DNA of 32,000 bases, taken from Candidatus Methanoperedens sp. (GTDB lineage: Archaea; Halobacteriota; Methanosarcinia; Methanosarcinales; Methanoperedenaceae). The notes under the pieces are model-generated. The model saw only the letters and a program-made list of their open reading frames with translations. It was not told where the DNA came from and searched no databases. Below are positions 17,284 through 24,767 of this stretch, one piece after another. The translations under genes were made by a program, and so were the position numbers. Numbering within the stretch: position 1 is the stretch's first letter; each line of letters opens with the position of its first letter. The stretch covers positions 9,490-41,489 of the forward strand of contig JAPZAR010000028.1 in NCBI GenBank assembly GCA_027460535.1, read 5' to 3'.

Positions 17284-17886
17284 TTACTTGGTCGCATTAG
17301 CAAGTGCTGCTGCGTGAATGGCACCAATATCGGTACCGTGGCAATTTGTGCAGTATTTGCCTCTTGACAGATGTATTACGATAAGGTTACCCAGACTGGG
17401 TTTCAAATTGTCTGGCGGTGCAGCATGGCAATTTTCGCAAACTGCATAGTGACCTGGTCCTTCTCCCTTCTCTACCGTGGGGATCTTTGGTGGGAATCCG
17501 TGGCAAGTGTCACAGTTCAGGTTTACTGTACCAGGTCCTATGTGGATATTGTGGACCTGACTGCCGTGGCAGTTTATACAAAGTTTTCCACCATTGACGT
17601 GGGGAGAGTAATTCTGAGGGTTTACATGGCATAATTCGCATTTGATTGTCGCTACCTGGGAAGTTGTCGGTGCTGTTGAAGTGGCCCCTGCCGATGGGGT
17701 TCCTGTGGATGGTGGTGGTGGTGTTGCAGAAGTTCCTGTCGGAGTTGCAGCCGGCGTCTTTTCAGGCGTCCCTGCCGGCGCCAATTTGGTTGTACCCCCG
17801 AGGATAAAATAACCCCCCGCGGCAACAAGTATCAGGGCAACTATGATCGCAATGTAAATAGGTACCTTCGTCTCTTTATCGTCCAT
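17284..17886 (-). CDS. Membrane-anchored pentaheme c-type cytochrome with a Pro/Thr-rich linker
   Basis: Five CxxCH motifs (CELCH, CINCH, CDTCH, CENCH, CTNCH) lie in the last ~120 aa. The N-terminal TM segment is IYIAIIVALILVAAGGYFIL. The low-complexity linker reads TPEKTPAATPTGTSATPPPPSTGTPSAGATSTAPTTS. Confidence 0.85.
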   Translation of the reverse strand: MDDKETKVPIYIAIIVALILVAAGGYFILGGTTKLAPAGTPEKTPAATPTGTSATPPPPSTGTPSAGATSTAPTTSQVATIKCELCHVNPQNYSPHVNGGKLCINCHGSQVHNIHIGPGTVNLNCDTCHGFPPKIPTVEKGEGPGHYAVCENCHAAPPDNLKPSLGNLIVIHLSRGKYCTNCHGTDIGAIHAAALANATK

Positions 17887-18090
17887 TTAAATATCACCAT
17901 GCTAAATTGGGTTTTATATCTTTTAAATGTTTTGGTTTTACCTGAACCTGAGAAAAGCGCTGTTCAATAACATAGCGAAAGTCCTGAAACTCCATCCTGA
18001 AGGAAGATAACGCTGACATCACTGGGCTTCAAAAAGAGAAATATATAAATAATTAGTATTTTATATTTATATTGTCAGTTTTAACATCGG

Positions 18091-18789
18091 TCATCGGTTA
18101 ATCCTTAGTTTTCCTCCTTCGATCTCATATTCAAGCCAGAGAGTGGGTTTTGATGACAGTCCGACAATTCTTATGTAATTCTTGTCATTTTCCTCTTTGA
18201 TCTCAATGATACCATCAAAAAGTTGTTTTAATGTCGCTATTGTATGATCGTCATGCATGCCAACTTCTATTACAAAAATTCCAAGGGCTCCAGCTGCCTT
18301 GACGCGTCCTGTAAGAACATGCATGAACCTGAAAACGGTCTGGATATTTGAATACATCAATATTCCAGAAAGTGAATTGATATGAAGCTGGATTTTCAGG
18401 AGTTTCTTTTTCATGAGAAAATCCTCAAAAAACTGGCTTATGCGTACTCCTATTCCGGTCAAATCCACGGGACTGCTGGCAAATTTGATGTTTTCAGTTT
18501 CAATGGCAGTCACTCCAATCGATTTTGTAATGCAATCAATAATCCCTATCCTTGATAGCGGAAGTACCATTTTGTTCTCTTTGAACCATTCCAGGATTTG
18601 AGTAGGTGATTCATGAGTTGTTACCGTTATTAATGCATTTTCATTTATCTCCGCACCGTGAAACATTATATTGTACAAGATAATTTCTTTTTGGATCATT
18701 GGCGGACCGACCAGCATGATGTTCGTGCCATTTCTTATGCCTCCAATTGCATTATCCAGTTCTTCAATACCAAGTTTATAATCACTCAT
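18091..18789 (-). CDS. KaiC/RAD55-like RecA-superfamily protein with a degenerate Walker A motif
   Basis: The N-terminus KLGIEELDNAIGGIRNGTNIMLVGPPMIQKE aligns with the G...LD..LGGG...G...L..G.PG.GKT pattern of signal-transduction RecA-like ATPases. Here the P-loop is GPPMIQKE: the second Gly is replaced by Gln, the Lys is retained, and the final Ser/Thr is replaced by Glu. Confidence 0.65.
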   Translation of the reverse strand: MSDYKLGIEELDNAIGGIRNGTNIMLVGPPMIQKEIILYNIMFHGAEINENALITVTTHESPTQILEWFKENKMVLPLSRIGIIDCITKSIGVTAIETENIKFASSPVDLTGIGVRISQFFEDFLMKKKLLKIQLHINSLSGILMYSNIQTVFRFMHVLTGRVKAAGALGIFVIEVGMHDDHTIATLKQLFDGIIEIKEENDKNYIRIVGLSSKPTLWLEYEIEGGKLRINR

Positions 18790-18813
18790 TGTTCCCCCTC
18801 CTAATGGTATGGT

Positions 18814-19677
18814 TTAATCCGATTTTCGCGTTTCATAAACTCTGTTGCGTTCAATGATGTCATAGAAAATCAGTACAATACCAATGATGTTATCTTTGTC
18901 ATCATTGATAGTTGAACCGATAATATCTACGGGTATTTTCATACCTTCCTTTGTTATCAATACCGTATGATCTGCTAGACCGTAAAAAATATCTTCTCGA
19001 ATGGCCTTCGTTACAGGGTTTTCTACCTGTTTGTCAGATTCTTCGCTAATAATATTGAATACGGTTGTCAGAGGTTTACCTGAAGCATCTTCCTGCTTCC
19101 AGCCCGTCAGTGCCTCTGCAATTGGATTCATAAGTCTTATGGTTCCTTCCGGGTCAGTTGCAATCACTGAATCACCTATACTTTGAATTACTGCAACAAG
19201 CCATTGATTGCTCTCTTTCAATCTCCGTTCACTTTCTTTTAATTTCTGTTCCATATAATGTTTGTAGAGGGCAATCTCAATAGTAATCTGTAATTCTCTT
19301 TCTCTGAATGGTTTAATCAAATACCCGAAAGGTTCTGTTAATTTTGCTCGTTCCAGTGTTTTTTCATCAGCGTAAGCTGTGAGGTACACGATCGGGGTGT
19401 CTAAATGGGAGCGTATTTGCTCAGCAGCTTCAATCCCATCCATCTTACCATGTATTACAATATCCATCAGCACCAGATCAGGATTATTTTCTCTCGTCTT
19501 TTTAATAGCCTCTTCTCCTGAAGATACTATTACTGGAACAGTATATCCCATCTTCTTCAATCTTCGTTGTATATCTTCGGCAATAGTAATTTCATCTTCA
19601 ACAACAAGTATCTGTTTTACGGTCTTATCCGATCTTCTTTCTATGCCTTCATCGACAATAATTCCCATCTTTAACAC
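18814..19677 (-). CDS. Response regulator: receiver (REC) domain fused to a PAS domain
   Basis: REC hallmarks are ILVVEDE, DLVLMDI (phospho-acceptor Asp), T..AY and KP. A coiled linker and a PAS domain follow (AVIQSIGDSVIATDPEGTIRLMNPIAEALTGW). Confidence 0.85.
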   Translation of the reverse strand: MLKMGIIVDEGIERRSDKTVKQILVVEDEITIAEDIQRRLKKMGYTVPVIVSSGEEAIKKTRENNPDLVLMDIVIHGKMDGIEAAEQIRSHLDTPIVYLTAYADEKTLERAKLTEPFGYLIKPFRERELQITIEIALYKHYMEQKLKESERRLKESNQWLVAVIQSIGDSVIATDPEGTIRLMNPIAEALTGWKQEDASGKPLTTVFNIISEESDKQVENPVTKAIREDIFYGLADHTVLITKEGMKIPVDIIGSTINDDKDNIIGIVLIFYDIIERNRVYETRKSD

Positions 19678-19698
19678 CCTGTATTTGTATCTCTGGGG

Positions 19699-20751
19699 TC
19701 ATTTTATCCCTCTAAATTTTATTTTAAACTCTGTTCCTTTAATTCGATTAAGATTGATTTCACCGTGAAGTTGATTTTCTGCTAGCGTTGTGACAAGATG
19801 TAAACCCAATGACTCGGTTTTTCTGAAATCCAAATCTTTCGGTATACCAATACCATCATCGCTGACCACGAGTTCAAGCATAGTTTCACCAATCGAGCGA
19901 AATGCTATCTTAATTTCACCGCCGGTGCCTGCTGGAAATGCATATTTTAGAGAATTAGTAACCAGTTCATTAATTATCAATCCGCATGGAGTCGCAAAAT
20001 CAATATCCAATGGAATGTTTTCGATATTCATGTTTAGTGTTATTTTGCTTCCATTAACTTCAAATGTTTGAATAACGTCAGCTATCATATCACTAATGTA
20101 CTCATTGAAGTCGATTTTTGCTAAGTTTTTGGACTGATAAAGTTTTTCATGGACAAGAGCTATCGATAATATTCTGTTCTGGCTTTCTATAAACATATCA
20201 ATCACGTTTTTATCTCTGATGTATTGGGATTGATGTGCTAGTAGACTGGAAACAATCATCAGATTGTTTTTGACACGATGGTGAATCTCCCTCAAAAGTA
20301 TTTCTTTTTCTTTGAGGGACTGAATGATCTGCTCCTGAGCCTGCTTTTGCTCTGTGGCATCTTTAATAACAACAACATATTTCACTTCGCCTTTTATTTT
20401 CACTTTATTATTACTTACAAAGATATCTCTTCGTGATCCGTTTTTTGTTACAATTGCTGCTTCATAAGGCTTACTTATACCTTGTTGGATTTCTTCCCAA
20501 CGCATTCGCATGAACTCATGCTTATCCTCCGGAATGACTTTCATAAACGGTTCACCAATAAGCTCATCCATAGGCCATCCGAGTATTTTTGAAAATGCAA
20601 CATTACCATACTCGAACTTTCCTTCTGTATCAACCACAAATATCCCGTCAACTGATGTTTTAATGATAGTATCAATATAATTGTTTGATTCTTTTAGTTT
20701 TTCTTCAGCCCGCTTGCGCTCTGTAATATCTCTCATGACGGCCAACAGCAT
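19699..20751 (-). CDS. PAS plus HisKA_2/HWE-type histidine kinase; the 3' portion of a frameshifted sensor kinase gene
   Basis: DITERKRAEE linker, a PAS domain, the H-box EIHHRVKNNLMIV (HisKA_2 signature), and HATPase_c blocks (NELVTNSLKYAF, VSDDGIGI, SLGLHLV). The N-terminal Met at 20751 lies inside a PAS-to-PAS linker, and the reading frame stays open upstream to 20817. Confidence 0.8.
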   Translation of the reverse strand: MLLAVMRDITERKRAEEKLKESNNYIDTIIKTSVDGIFVVDTEGKFEYGNVAFSKILGWPMDELIGEPFMKVIPEDKHEFMRMRWEEIQQGISKPYEAAIVTKNGSRRDIFVSNNKVKIKGEVKYVVVIKDATEQKQAQEQIIQSLKEKEILLREIHHRVKNNLMIVSSLLAHQSQYIRDKNVIDMFIESQNRILSIALVHEKLYQSKNLAKIDFNEYISDMIADVIQTFEVNGSKITLNMNIENIPLDIDFATPCGLIINELVTNSLKYAFPAGTGGEIKIAFRSIGETMLELVVSDDGIGIPKDLDFRKTESLGLHLVTTLAENQLHGEINLNRIKGTEFKIKFRGIK

Positions 20752-21712
20752 CCTGGTTCCATAGGTCGGGTCGTGGATCGGTACGGCATAGGTTTTCCAT
20801 CCATAGACGGTTGCCTTTCATGCTGATCATAGCAAATTCCAATTTCCCCTTGTTTCCCCGGCAAATGTTTTCATGGAAGTCGCGCCAAACATCACGGTAT
20901 TCTGGCGCGATAAGATCATATAATGTGGCCCCGATGACTCCTTCACCGTGCTCACATTCGATCATATCCAGTCCGGCCCGGTTAATGGAAACCAGTTTGC
21001 TGTCCGCATCCACGACGGTCACGCATTCTGGTTCTGCTTCGATAATGGCGCACAAATGCTCCTGGCTTGCCAGCAGCGCTTCTTCCGCTCTCTTGCGATC
21101 GGTGATTTCCTTATCCCCGCGCGTGAGGGCTTGGTTCATCACCTGGATTGAGGAAAACGTAAGAATGCCAACCCAGGCGAAGATAACGGTATAGGCTACC
21201 CACTGGGTTATCGTAACGGAATAATTCGGATGCGGCAACAGTCCAGCATTTTCTGCCCCAATCAATCCGCCAACAAGGAGCGAACAGAGCGCGGTGGTTA
21301 TCATCATCCCGCGAATGTCAAACAATAAACCCCCAGTGATGACTACCAACAAGTACATCGCCGTTGTGGGCGCGCGAATGGTACCTATGCTTGCCACGAC
21401 TGCCGTGATCAGGACGAGTCCCATTGTGATCAGTCCAATCCTCGCCAGGCGCACTCTGCCGCGATGCATCCACGAGCGCAGAACCAGGCAAAATGCAAAC
21501 GCCAACACTTCCGCTGCGAACGAAGTAAGAGAACTTTTGCCTCCCAGCAGATCGCCGATTAAGAGAATGGGCACAAGCATCGAAATGTTGGTCAAGGCAG
21601 AATTGAGTAAATTGGCACGAAGCGTCTTGATTTCATCGTCCAGGAACACTGGCGGCGCTAACCAGCGTTTTATATAAAGCATCATCGGATTACCCCATCC
21701 TGACTTTTCCAT
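20705..21712 (-). CDS. Multi-TM sensor module plus PAS domain; the 5' portion of the same frameshifted sensor kinase gene
   Basis: About 190 aa of hydrophobic segments, then DRKRAEEAL and a PAS domain (IIEAEPECVTVVDADSKLVSINRAG...). The frame ends in a non-PAS-like tail, while the -1 frame continues as YAVPIHDPTYGTRMLLAVMRDITERK. Confidence 0.75.
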   Translation of the reverse strand: MEKSGWGNPMMLYIKRWLAPPVFLDDEIKTLRANLLNSALTNISMLVPILLIGDLLGGKSSLTSFAAEVLAFAFCLVLRSWMHRGRVRLARIGLITMGLVLITAVVASIGTIRAPTTAMYLLVVITGGLLFDIRGMMITTALCSLLVGGLIGAENAGLLPHPNYSVTITQWVAYTVIFAWVGILTFSSIQVMNQALTRGDKEITDRKRAEEALLASQEHLCAIIEAEPECVTVVDADSKLVSINRAGLDMIECEHGEGVIGATLYDLIAPEYRDVWRDFHENICRGNKGKLEFAMISMKGNRLWMENLCRTDPRPDLWNQDAVGRHERYYRAQAG

Positions 21713-21846
21713 TACTCAAGTAGTTACATAAACTTTCAGTTATAATTTTCGGTCAAATTTTTAGTTGGGATACAAAATACCTGGAAGGGGTAGAGCTACT
21801 TCAGGACAGAACCCCGCTTGTTATATCCCAGAAAAATTTAAAAAAA

Positions 21847-21860
21847 TTATCCAGAATAAA
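21847..21860 (+). repeat. Copy 1 of the exact 14-mer TTATCCAGAATAAA
   Basis: Identical 14-mers occur at 21847, 21947 and 22231. Copies 1 and 2 are exactly 100 bp apart. Confidence 0.85.
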
Positions 21861-21946
21861 GAGAATTGAAGAGAAGCTGATTGCCGAAAAATGATATCAG
21901 GCTCTTTTCCCTTAGTTACCTTAATACCTTTTATGGACAATTTTCA

Positions 21947-21960
21947 TTATCCAGAATAAA
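21947..21960 (+). repeat. Copy 2 of the exact 14-mer TTATCCAGAATAAA
   Basis: See copy 1. Confidence 0.85.
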
Positions 21961-22018
21961 TACTAAGACAACGATCTATTTTTGTGCACTTAAATCAAAA
22001 AGAATCCTTTTGTTTGAC

Positions 22019-22159
22019 TTAAATTCTTCCGATATTGTATTTTTGTCTTGCTGTCTTGATAACTTCTTTTATTTGTTGGGGAACATGCTCAATACATAGG
22101 CTATTTCCATCAAAGATAAACTCTGCTTCTGCTAGACATTTAATACATTTTAATTTCAT
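22019..22159 (-). CDS. Possible small (46 aa) zinc-ribbon-like protein, below the ORF-track cutoff
   Basis: MKLKCIKCLAEAEFIFDGNSLCIEHVPQQIKEVIKTARQKYNIGRI*, with CxxC...CxxH spacing. It lies in the AT-rich tract about 70 nt downstream (on the - strand) of 14-mer copy 3. There is no convincing SD sequence. Confidence 0.3.
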   Translation of the reverse strand: MKLKCIKCLAEAEFIFDGNSLCIEHVPQQIKEVIKTARQKYNIGRI

Positions 22160-22230
22160 TATCAATCACTAGTTGGTTTCTTTCTACCCTATTGTTATTT
22201 AACCTTTGTATATTGTTTTCTTTTAAAAAT

Positions 22231-22244
22231 TTATCCAGAATAAA
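22231..22244 (+). repeat. Copy 3 of the exact 14-mer TTATCCAGAATAAA
   Basis: Its flank TTTAAAAAT-14mer-AAG resembles that of copy 1 (TTTAAAAAAA-14mer-GAG). Confidence 0.85.
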
Positions 22245-22531
22245 AAGTAAAAACCATAATTTATTTTTCTATAATTATTTTGGTTGCCCTGTAACATTGG
22301 CATCGACATCATTTTTCATTGATTCCCATTTCTTTAATTCCCAGATTAAAATTTTACGGCGCAAGATTTGTTAGGATTAAATAATGGAGAATAAGGAGCT
22401 GGCGATAAAAAAGGGTGATCGAAGGGCTAGAGATAAGTTCGCCAGTCTCAATCTATTATTTGCTGCACAAATACAAGACAGATGTTGTGAAGAATGATGA
22501 CAACTTTAATTTCCCAGGAAATAATCAGAAG

Positions 22532-22616
22532 TGCGAGGGATGGGATTTGAACCCACGAACCCCTTCGGGATTAGCCCCTAAAGCTAACGCCTTTGACCGG
22601 ACTGGGCGACCCTCGC
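22532..22616 (-). tRNA. tRNA-Leu (anticodon UAG), 85 nt, long variable arm, no encoded CCA
   Basis: The - strand reads GCGAGGG TC GCC CAGTCCGGTCAAA GGC G TTAGC TTTAGGG GCTAA TCCCGAAGGGGTTC GTGGG TTCAAAT CCCAT CCCTCGC A. All four stems pair. The anticodon loop is UU-UAG-GG, and the 14-nt variable arm is typical of class II tRNAs. Confidence 0.9.
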
Positions 22617-22723
22617 ATTTTACGCCATAGATTACGTAAGTTTCTTATCAGATAAAGTCCTATTTTTAATCACCTTTTTTCGTGTTATGCGGCCATAAAT
22701 CTTATGTGATATTTCGTGGAAGA

Positions 22724-22762
22724 CCTAAATCCTGCGCCTTGACCGGGCCGGGCGACCTCCGT
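22724..22762 (-). pseudogene. Orphan tRNA-Leu-like 5' half (acceptor 5' strand, D arm, anticodon stem 5' strand and loop) with no 3' half
   Basis: The - strand reads ACGGAGGTCGCCCGGCCCGGTCAAGGCGCAGGATTTAGGTC. It aligns with positions 1-38 of the neighbouring tRNA-Leu (shared TCGCCC, CCGGTCAA, GGCG, TTTAGG). The next bases (TTCCACG) cannot pair with CAGGA. Confidence 0.5.
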
Positions 22763-22827
22763 ACTTTTGCCTATAAATGATTTTTATTGCATAAAGCTTT
22801 GTTTAGCTGCACAATAGGTGGGATAAT

Positions 22828-23265
22828 ATGAAAGGAGTTTACGTTTTAATTCTGAGGCTGGACAACGATACCGATATCCGAACAGGTGGACTAGGAGTGC
22901 TTTGTTTTAAAAAAGGGTATTATGCCTATGTTGGTTCTGCTCTTGGGGCTGGAGGATTCAAGCGTGTAACAAGGCATTTCGATGTAGCTTCGGGGAAAAA
23001 CAGTACAAGAAAATGGCATATCGATTACCTCCTTCCGCACTCGGAGGTAATTTGCGCGGTTTTTTCACCAACTGACGATGCCCTCGAATGCATTGTCGCA
23101 AAAATTTTAGGTGAATTTTCAGGTGCTATACAGGGCTTTGGGTGCAGCGACTGCACATGCGAATCGCATCTTTTTTTTACAGGTGGAAATATAATGGATG
23201 AGGCTTCGCACATCTGCGAAGGTGTCTCTGGAAACGAAAGTATCATTATTTACCCGAACATGTAG
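22828..23265 (+). CDS. GIY-YIG superfamily (DUF123 / Uri-type) putative endonuclease
   Basis: KGVYVLIL...GYYAYVGSALGAGGFKRVTRHF......KWHIDYLL matches the DUF123 pattern G.Y.L......G.Y.YVGSA....Ri.RH....k.hWHIDYL. The SD-like GGTGGG is 5 nt upstream of the start. Confidence 0.7.
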   Translation: MKGVYVLILRLDNDTDIRTGGLGVLCFKKGYYAYVGSALGAGGFKRVTRHFDVASGKNSTRKWHIDYLLPHSEVICAVFSPTDDALECIVAKILGEFSGAIQGFGCSDCTCESHLFFTGGNIMDEASHICEGVSGNESIIIYPNM

Positions 23266-23272
23266 GAAGTAT

Positions 23273-24283
23273 ATGGACATCGGAATCATTGGAGGCTCCG
23301 GATACACGGGCGGAGAGCTTCTTCGCTTGCTGGCAGGGCATCCGGAAGCAAATGTCGTGGCCGTTACATCCCGGAGCAGGAAAGGGCAAAAAGTCAGCGA
23401 TACCCACGCACATCTTCGGAAAATATACGAATTGGATTTCGAAGATCTGAGCGCAGAGGAAGTCGCATCACGCTCCGATATCGTATTTACAGCAGTTCCA
23501 CACGGTACTGCCATGCAGGTCGTCCCTTCGCTGCTTGATGCCGGCGTGAAAGTCATCGATCTTAGCGCAGATTATCGTCTCAAGACATCGGTTTTTGAAA
23601 AGGTCTACAACCTGAAGCATACCGATCCAAGGGTTGCAGTCTATGGCATACCGGAGCTCCATCCCGAAGTGGCAGGGGAAAATTTCATAGCGAACCCGGG
23701 CTGCTACCCAACTGGAGCATCTCTTGCCGCCGCGCCCCTCGCTGATGCCGGACTTATCGAGCGCGCAGTATTCGATTCCAAAAGCGGGATCTCAGGGGCC
23801 GGCGCAGAGCCATCGGAAGTATCTCATTATCCCAACATGGCAGAGAACATCCAGGCTTATAAACTCACATCCCACCGCCATCGCGCCGAGATAGTGCAGG
23901 AACTCTCGCGCCTGGACGGTAATCTTACCAAGATCAGCTTTACTCCCCATGTCATCCCTTCCGTGAGGGGGATCCTTACCACGGCGCACATTTTTGTGAA
24001 GAAGGAATTGAACGATAAAGAAGTGAACGACATTTATTGCAATTTCTATGGGGATAAGCCATTTATCCGGCTGATAAAAGGAATCCCAATGCTGGGAAGC
24101 GTGCGCGGTTCCAATTTTTGCGATATAGGTTTTGAGATAGAAAAAGGCAGTGACAGGATAGTTATTATATCTGCGATAGACAATCTTGTTAAAGGAGCAT
24201 CCGGTCAGGCGATACAGAACATGAACCTGATGTTCGGACTTGATGAAAAGACAGGGCTCTGGACACCGGCCACTGCTCCATGA
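23273..24283 (+). CDS. argC: N-acetyl-gamma-glutamyl-phosphate reductase
   Basis: The start is set at ATG 23273 (MDIGIIGGSGYTGGELLRLL). The active-site block is NPGCYPTG, and the C-terminal block is IDNLVKGASGQAIQNMN. Confidence 0.9.
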   Translation: MDIGIIGGSGYTGGELLRLLAGHPEANVVAVTSRSRKGQKVSDTHAHLRKIYELDFEDLSAEEVASRSDIVFTAVPHGTAMQVVPSLLDAGVKVIDLSADYRLKTSVFEKVYNLKHTDPRVAVYGIPELHPEVAGENFIANPGCYPTGASLAAAPLADAGLIERAVFDSKSGISGAGAEPSEVSHYPNMAENIQAYKLTSHRHRAEIVQELSRLDGNLTKISFTPHVIPSVRGILTTAHIFVKKELNDKEVNDIYCNFYGDKPFIRLIKGIPMLGSVRGSNFCDIGFEIEKGSDRIVIISAIDNLVKGASGQAIQNMNLMFGLDEKTGLWTPATAP

Positions 24284-24290
24284 GGTTAAA

Positions 24291-24761
24291 ATGAAAATAA
24301 GAGATGTAATGAATAAAAACGTGATCTTCTGCAAACCCGATGATCCTGTGAGTACCCTTGCAAAACTCTTCAAAGAGAACCATATCAGCGGTATGCCGGT
24401 CGTCGAAAATGAAAAAGTCGTCGGTATCGTTTCTGAAACTGATCTGCTGAAATTATTCAAAGCCCCAGAATTTTCAGGAGGATTGTGGCTTCCAAGCCCG
24501 CTTGAAGTCATAGAGCTACCCCTGAGGAACCTTGTCAGGCTTGAAGAAATGAAAAAAGCACTCGAGGATGTGAAATTGAAGCATATCCGGAGCATTATGA
24601 AAAAAACGGTTCACTCCATATCTCCCGACGATAGTCTGGAAGAGGCTTCAGGCAAGATGGTCAGGCACAACGTCAACAGGCTGCCAGTCATTGAGAATGG
24701 AAAGCTTGTGGGGATCGTGGCGCGAAGCGATATAATCAGGGGACTCTCATCAGCGGAATAG
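24291..24761 (+). CDS. CBS-domain pair protein
   Basis: The start is set at ATG 24291 (GAGGT SD). Two CBS motifs are present: VMNKNVIFCKPDD...HISGMPVVENEKVVGIVSETDLL and IMKKTVHSISPDD...NVNRLPVIENGKLVGIVARSDII. Confidence 0.85.
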   Translation: MKIRDVMNKNVIFCKPDDPVSTLAKLFKENHISGMPVVENEKVVGIVSETDLLKLFKAPEFSGGLWLPSPLEVIELPLRNLVRLEEMKKALEDVKLKHIRSIMKKTVHSISPDDSLEEASGKMVRHNVNRLPVIENGKLVGIVARSDIIRGLSSAE

Positions 24762-24767
24762 AATCCT

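Noticed and set aside
21847-22244. The possibility that the repeated 14-mers are a CRISPR array
   Set aside because: The repeats are only 14 nt long. Spacing is irregular (100 bp, then 284 bp). There is no palindromic repeat structure and there are no cas genes in the window.
21881-22374. The + strand ORFs 21881..22099 and 22192..22374 in the AT-rich tract
   Set aside because: They are TTG-initiated Phe/Leu/Asn-rich translations of AT-rich DNA, with no SD or motif. They are likely non-coding.
22494-22531. C/D box sRNA candidates: ATGATGA at 22494-22500 next to the tRNA, and also at 437-443
   Set aside because: A C-box-like heptamer is present, but no CTGA D box follows at the expected 40-60 nt distance and there is no terminal stem. 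The 437 copy overlaps a ribosome-binding region.
22620-22770. The idea that the tRNA 5' half plus the downstream sequence forms an intron-containing or trans-spliced tRNA
   Set aside because: I could not find the required 3' half (TCCTG, T-arm, CCTCCGT) or a bulge-helix-bulge motif in the 107 nt before the intact tRNA-Leu. It is kept only as a low-probability alternative in the finding.
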